Assembly (NCBI GenBank): GCA_019058295.1
Contig: JAHPZI010000022.1
Span: 197,183 to 261,182 of the forward strand
Source: Promethearchaeota archaeon
GTDB lineage: Archaea > Asgardarchaeota > Lokiarchaeia > Sigyniarchaeales > SOKP01
Reading direction: 5' to 3'
Length of the DNA: 64,000 nucleotides
Shown here: piece by piece, positions 59,584 through 64,000 of the stretch
How positions within the stretch are numbered: position 1 is the stretch's first letter
Layout: each line of letters opens with the position of its first letter
Notes under the pieces: generated by a model
Databases searched by the model: none
Told to the model about the DNA's origin: nothing
What the model saw: only the letters and a program-made list of their open reading frames with translations
Translations under genes and position numbers: made by a program

Positions 59584-61030
59584 AACATAGCACCCCCGGA
59601 TTTAGTATGTTATTAGGATCAAAAATCTTCTTTACTTTCTTGAGAGCAGTTATAGTTTCTTCACTATGATTTGCAAAAACTTCCTTTGCCCATAAACTAT
59701 ACGGTCGATTAAAGAAAGCTCCTGCTTCTATTAGTTTTGAACTTATATCCATAAAGTTTTGTTTTATGTCAGGAATTGCACTTTCATCCCCTGGATCGTA
59801 AAATAGATCAAATTCGCAATAATACGAAGTACCTTGATTAAGAGCTTGAATATATGTCCCAAGATTTTTCTGAGCCATTTTTTCCACGATTGACACAAAT
59901 TCAGATATTCGTTCAAAATTTGTTATAAAGAATATATCTTGATATGCCCCTTTTAATCTACTTCTCCATGGAAAGGCCGTTGGTTCCTTTAGGGCAGTTA
60001 GAATATCTTTCTCGTTAATAGGGCTATTATTATTTAAATTATCTTTCTTTAATTCTTGAATAAGATCATTAATGTCATTTTCTTGATAGGAGATCTTGTC
60101 ATTGGCAAATTTTCCCCGACCTGACAATACATAAATTAAATTCCATTTTGCTAAGGAATTACTTAACTCTAAGATCTGTGTAGACTCTATCTTTACTAAA
60201 CAGGCAAGATTTAGATTCTGTAAAATAACAATTTCATCAGCATAACGATATTTTAATAATATTTGTTGTACATCCAATAAATCTTGAAGATTTTCTGATT
60301 GAAGATGAATAACTTTCTGAACTGTGGGTAGCAGTTCTAATTTCACGGTTGCCCATGTCACAACTCCTATGCTACCTTGTGCACCTTGGATCACTCTATA
60401 CGGACTAAAATGAGTCGGACCCATTGGGTTGACTTGAGCTGCCCCCCTCTTTTGTTGTTGCTTAATCGTTCCCGGTCCTGCTGCCGTTCCAGTTCTGAAT
60501 AAATCTCCCGTACCGAAAACAACTTCTGTACATAGGAGAGGATCAGAACTATCCCAGTGATATCGGGGTATTGTGATGGGTTCCCTTTTGAGCGCTGAAG
60601 TTAATACAGATTTATCTGATTCAGGATGTAAGGGTAATAATAATCTTAGTCCTTTTTCCTTAAGTTTTGGTATCAATTCTCCGAAAGTTACACCGGGTTC
60701 TACCATTACAACTCTATTTTTTCTGTCTATACTTACAATATTTTTCATTTTAGAAAGGTTTAATATAACAGTGTTATCCTTCTTAGGGAGTGTATCACCA
60801 TGATAACGCACATTAGAACTAGAACTTGTAGGTATCACCGAGAATCCTATTGAATTAGCTAATTTTAATATTTCTTCAATTTGCTTACTATTTTTTGGCC
60901 ACACGACGGATATTGGTATTTTTCCCGAAACAAAACTACAATCTTCTGAATAAGTTTTTAAGATATCCAGATTATTTGAAGCATTTTTCTTGCCGCAAAT
61001 ATTAACTAAGTTCTGAAAAATATCATTCAT
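59573..61030 (-). CDS. FAD-linked oxidoreductase (FAD_binding_4, divergent glycine-rich loop)
   Basis: VVWP, VEPGVTFG, EVVFGTG, QGSIGVVT, FDPNNILNPG. Confidence 0.88.
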   Translation of the reverse strand: MNDIFQNLVNICGKKNASNNLDILKTYSEDCSFVSGKIPISVVWPKNSKQIEEILKLANSIGFSVIPTSSSSNVRYHGDTLPKKDNTVILNLSKMKNIVSIDRKNRVVMVEPGVTFGELIPKLKEKGLRLLLPLHPESDKSVLTSALKREPITIPRYHWDSSDPLLCTEVVFGTGDLFRTGTAAGPGTIKQQQKRGAAQVNPMGPTHFSPYRVIQGAQGSIGVVTWATVKLELLPTVQKVIHLQSENLQDLLDVQQILLKYRYADEIVILQNLNLACLVKIESTQILELSNSLAKWNLIYVLSGRGKFANDKISYQENDINDLIQELKKDNLNNNSPINEKDILTALKEPTAFPWRSRLKGAYQDIFFITNFERISEFVSIVEKMAQKNLGTYIQALNQGTSYYCEFDLFYDPGDESAIPDIKQNFMDISSKLIEAGAFFNRPYSLWAKEVFANHSEETITALKKVKKIFDPNNILNPGVLCFDD

Positions 61031-61249
61031 TTGACGAAAATACCTTTATTTATTTATAAAATTTAATAGTATAGTTTGATGATTATTATTATTTCTTTAA
61101 ATTAATAAATAATTTTACTAAAATCTAAAGTAATTTAAGGATAAATAATAATTTATTAAAAAGCAAGTTTTATATTTTTAATGAACAATAATTAAACAAT
61201 TAAATTTTATCAATAAAAAATTAAAAAATCACAAAGGGAGAAATAAGAT

Positions 61250-62668
61250 TTGAAAGAATATGATATTGTTATTGTAGGTGGTGGTCCAGGAGGTTCAATG
61301 GCTGCAAAAGTTGCTGCTGAAAAAGGTTTAAAAACTATTTTCTTCGAAAGAGGTCGGAAACCAGGAGAGAAAAATTCTTCTGGATGTGGGTTGGGTCCGA
61401 GAATGTGGAGATCATGGCCTAATATGATGAAAACTTTAACAGAAGATAAATGTCCTTCATTACGAGCGGGTAGGTTTGCTCGTAATTATTTAGTAGATAA
61501 AAAAGGCGAAGTCTCTGCAATGATATTAGCAAGACCTACTGAATCAGTTGCTTACGAACCTGCAAAAAGCTTCATCACTATGAATTGTTATCGTAGTGAA
61601 TTTGATCCGTGGATTGCAGACTTAGCTACTAATGCTGGTGCAGAACTCAAATGTTCTTTACTTATAAAAGGACTTATTAAGGAAAATGGAACTGTAAAAG
61701 GAGTAATTGATGAAAAGGGAGAAAAATATATGGCACCGATTGTTATCGGAGCAGATGGCGCCGTTTCTATGGTTGCAAAGCAATCCGGACTACGTGATAA
61801 ATGGTATCATGATCATATCACATTAGTTCCTCAGTATGACTTTTATGCTCCTAGAGAGAAAATCGACCTAATCATGCATGAAGAGGCATTAGCTATATGG
61901 TGGATGGCAGGTGGGATTCCAAGCGCTTATCAAGTCTTTTTTGGAGACGGTTTTCATGTTGGCTTAGGTAATTGGATGCACTCCTGGGAGAGGAATCCGC
62001 TATATTATCTAAATTACGTAGTTAACCTTAAACATTTCCAGCGCACCATTAAAATGCTAGATGCAAAGCCAAGGGAAGTTCAAGCACATTTATTACCTTG
62101 GATGCCTTACCCAGAAAAAACCTATGCGAATGGTGTGATGCTGATAGGTGATGCTGCAGGCTTTCCATGTCCTCTTGAAGCAGAAGGAATATTTCCAGCT
62201 ATGGAAAGCGCAGAGATTGCAGTAGAAGTTGCTGCAGAAGCAATCGCAGAAGGAGACTATTCTGAAAATAAATTAAAAGAATATGAGAGGCGATGGCAGG
62301 AAGAATCTAGCATCGGGACAGAATTTGAAGCTGGTCCTGAATTATGGAGTGTGTGGAAGGCTCTTCCATTCAATGCTAAGAATATGGACTGGTTTATTCC
62401 TATGGTGAGTGAAGCATTGACAGGAATTTTTGATTGGTCAGAACCACATAAAGTACGCATAAGACAAATAATAGCTCATGTTAAGAAATATTTGCCCCAA
62501 GCAATGCCAACATTGATGAGTGAACTTGTTCCCTTATTTACAAAAGCATTAGAGGATGATATGGGTAAGTTAATGGACCCTGCAATCATGCCTACCTTAA
62601 TAAATTCACTTCCAAAACTAATGTCATTAATGCCAGATAAAAAGAAAAAAAGGAGGAGACGAAAGTGA
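61250..62668 (+). CDS. FixC/GGR-family FAD oxidoreductase
   Basis: GGGPGG, ERG..PGEKN.SG, GADG, GDAAG. GTGA overlap with the ferredoxin gene. Confidence 0.8.
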   Translation: MKEYDIVIVGGGPGGSMAAKVAAEKGLKTIFFERGRKPGEKNSSGCGLGPRMWRSWPNMMKTLTEDKCPSLRAGRFARNYLVDKKGEVSAMILARPTESVAYEPAKSFITMNCYRSEFDPWIADLATNAGAELKCSLLIKGLIKENGTVKGVIDEKGEKYMAPIVIGADGAVSMVAKQSGLRDKWYHDHITLVPQYDFYAPREKIDLIMHEEALAIWWMAGGIPSAYQVFFGDGFHVGLGNWMHSWERNPLYYLNYVVNLKHFQRTIKMLDAKPREVQAHLLPWMPYPEKTYANGVMLIGDAAGFPCPLEAEGIFPAMESAEIAVEVAAEAIAEGDYSENKLKEYERRWQEESSIGTEFEAGPELWSVWKALPFNAKNMDWFIPMVSEALTGIFDWSEPHKVRIRQIIAHVKKYLPQAMPTLMSELVPLFTKALEDDMGKLMDPAIMPTLINSLPKLMSLMPDKKKKRRRRK

Positions 62669-62943
62669 ACATTAATGATTTCGATCTAAAAAGTATCTCA
62701 ACACATATAGAGGGTACAGAAGATTTCATTTCTATTGATAATGATAAATGTAACCTTTGCAATCGATGCTTAGTCATTTGTATCATGAATCTTTGGAAGA
62801 AACGAGAAGGAAAAATTGTCTTAGCTGAGGATTATAAGCAAAAATGTGTAGAATGTGCTGCATGTTATCAAGTTTGTGAACCAGGTGCAATTAATTTTCA
62901 ATATCCTGCCGGAGGAACCGGCGTAGTTTTTGAGCAAGGATAA
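62665..62943 (+). CDS. fixX: FixX-like ferredoxin
   Basis: CNLCNRC, CVECAAC...C, C-terminal YP.GG.GV....G. Confidence 0.75.
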   Translation: MNINDFDLKSISTHIEGTEDFISIDNDKCNLCNRCLVICIMNLWKKREGKIVLAEDYKQKCVECAACYQVCEPGAINFQYPAGGTGVVFEQG

Positions 62944-63039
62944 AACTAAGATATTTAATCTTTTTTTTAAAAATTTTTTTTTAGAATTCATTATTTAATT
63001 AGAATAGTATTAAAAATAGAAATAGAGTTGAGTTTAAGA

Positions 63040-64000
63040 ATGCAAAGTATGTTTTCAAATTTAAGTGAAGCGGATTTAGCAATAAAGGCCGAAGCTGAGG
63101 AGTATGCATTAAATGAAATTGCGCCATATGTTAATGATATTGATCTAGGAAAAAAGGAGATATGGGATGTAATTAGACCATTGGGCAAAAAGGGGTTAAT
63201 CGGAGTTACATTTCCAAAGAGGTTCGGGGGTCGTGCGGGTTCATTTTTACAGGAGTTATTAGTGTCTGAAGTTATTTCTTATCATAGTTTACCGATTGAC
63301 ATGAGTCGATTGTCATCCTCATATCCAGCGCTTTTAATTCGTATGTTTGGTAAAACAAAAATATTACGTAAATATATGGATCCCCTATTAAAAGGTGAGA
63401 AAATAGGATGTTTTTGTTTTACTGAACCAGATGCTGGAAGCGACTTATCTAGAATGAAAACAATATATAAAAAAGACGATTTGAACGATGAATTCATTTT
63501 AACTGGTGAAAAAAGATTTATTACTAATGGAAGTATAGCTGATACTCTTGTAGTCTATGGTCGAAATGGAGCGTTTATAGTAGAATCTGATTGGGAAGGA
63601 TTTGAAGTTATTGAAGAGTATCAAATGATGGGCCTTCACGGATTACATTTAGGGCATATGAAATTCAATAATGTTAGAGTCCCTAAAGAAAACCTTCTTT
63701 TTTACAAGGAAATAAAACCAACATCAGATGGTACAAAAAGAATGGGTAAAACTTCTGCAATTTCGAGTATGCAAGTTATGTTGGCCCCCGAGAGGGTAGC
63801 AGTGTCTGTCCAAGTAATGGGTGTTGCTAAAAGAGCAATAGATGTAGCTATCCAATATTCTCAAGAAAGGGTTCAATTTAAAAGACCTATATGCGAATTT
63901 GAAGGTATTAGTTTCAAAATTGCTGAAATGGTTACAAATTTTGAAGCCGGGAAAGCTTTATTAGAGAAATCGGTAAATCATATGGAAGATGGAAATTTAG
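63040..64000 (+). CDS. Acyl-CoA dehydrogenase, 3'-truncated by the window edge (not in the ORF track)
   Basis: Translated by hand: MQSMFSNLSEAD...G...P..FGG...GCFCFTEPDAGSD...LTGEKRFITNG...R.QF.RPI..F.GI.F.IAEM. Confidence 0.92.
   Translation, partial: MQSMFSNLSEADLAIKAEAEEYALNEIAPYVNDIDLGKKEIWDVIRPLGKKGLIGVTFPKRFGGRAGSFLQELLVSEVISYHSLPIDMSRLSSSYPALLIRMFGKTKILRKYMDPLLKGEKIGCFCFTEPDAGSDLSRMKTIYKKDDLNDEFILTGEKRFITNGSIADTLVVYGRNGAFIVESDWEGFEVIEEYQMMGLHGLHLGHMKFNNVRVPKENLLFYKEIKPTSDGTKRMGKTSAISSMQVMLAPERVAVSVQVMGVAKRAIDVAIQYSQERVQFKRPICEFEGISFKIAEMVTNFEAGKALLEKSVNHMEDGNL

Overview
AT-rich archaeal chromosomal segment, most likely Asgard (Lokiarchaeia-like). This is inferred from archaeal RFC genes, a Rab-like small GTPase, GGR/F420 enzymes and heavily expanded acyl-CoA and FAD/CCG oxidoreductase families. 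The left ~10 kb holds the 3' part of a giant charged helical-repeat protein (perfect 360-bp tandem repeats), a CdrS-like RHH regulator, a PC4-like protein, a four-CxxC zinc-ribbon protein, a GNAT and a three-gene RFC cluster (one small subunit catalytically degenerate). The remaining ~53 kb is mainly a lipid/acyl-CoA metabolism island. It has five FAD_binding_4 oxidoreductases with three CCG-domain Fe-S partners, thiolases plus DUF35, three acyl-CoA ligases, a CoA-transferase, beta-oxidation enzymes, an RdhA/QueG-like protein, an alkylsulfatase, GGR/phytoene-desaturase/F420-ketoreductase homologues, a CrtC-like plus SCP2 pair, FixCX and a partial acyl-CoA dehydrogenase. Two membrane-anchored beta-propeller surface proteins share a poly-Asp/TM/basic tail; one has hypervariable loops on a near-identical DNA scaffold. 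Several single genes are bracketed by short direct or inverted repeats, the best being a perfect 27-bp direct repeat. I saw no rRNA, tRNA, CRISPR array, transposase, integrase or reverse transcriptase. All family calls come from motif recognition by eye, not database searches.
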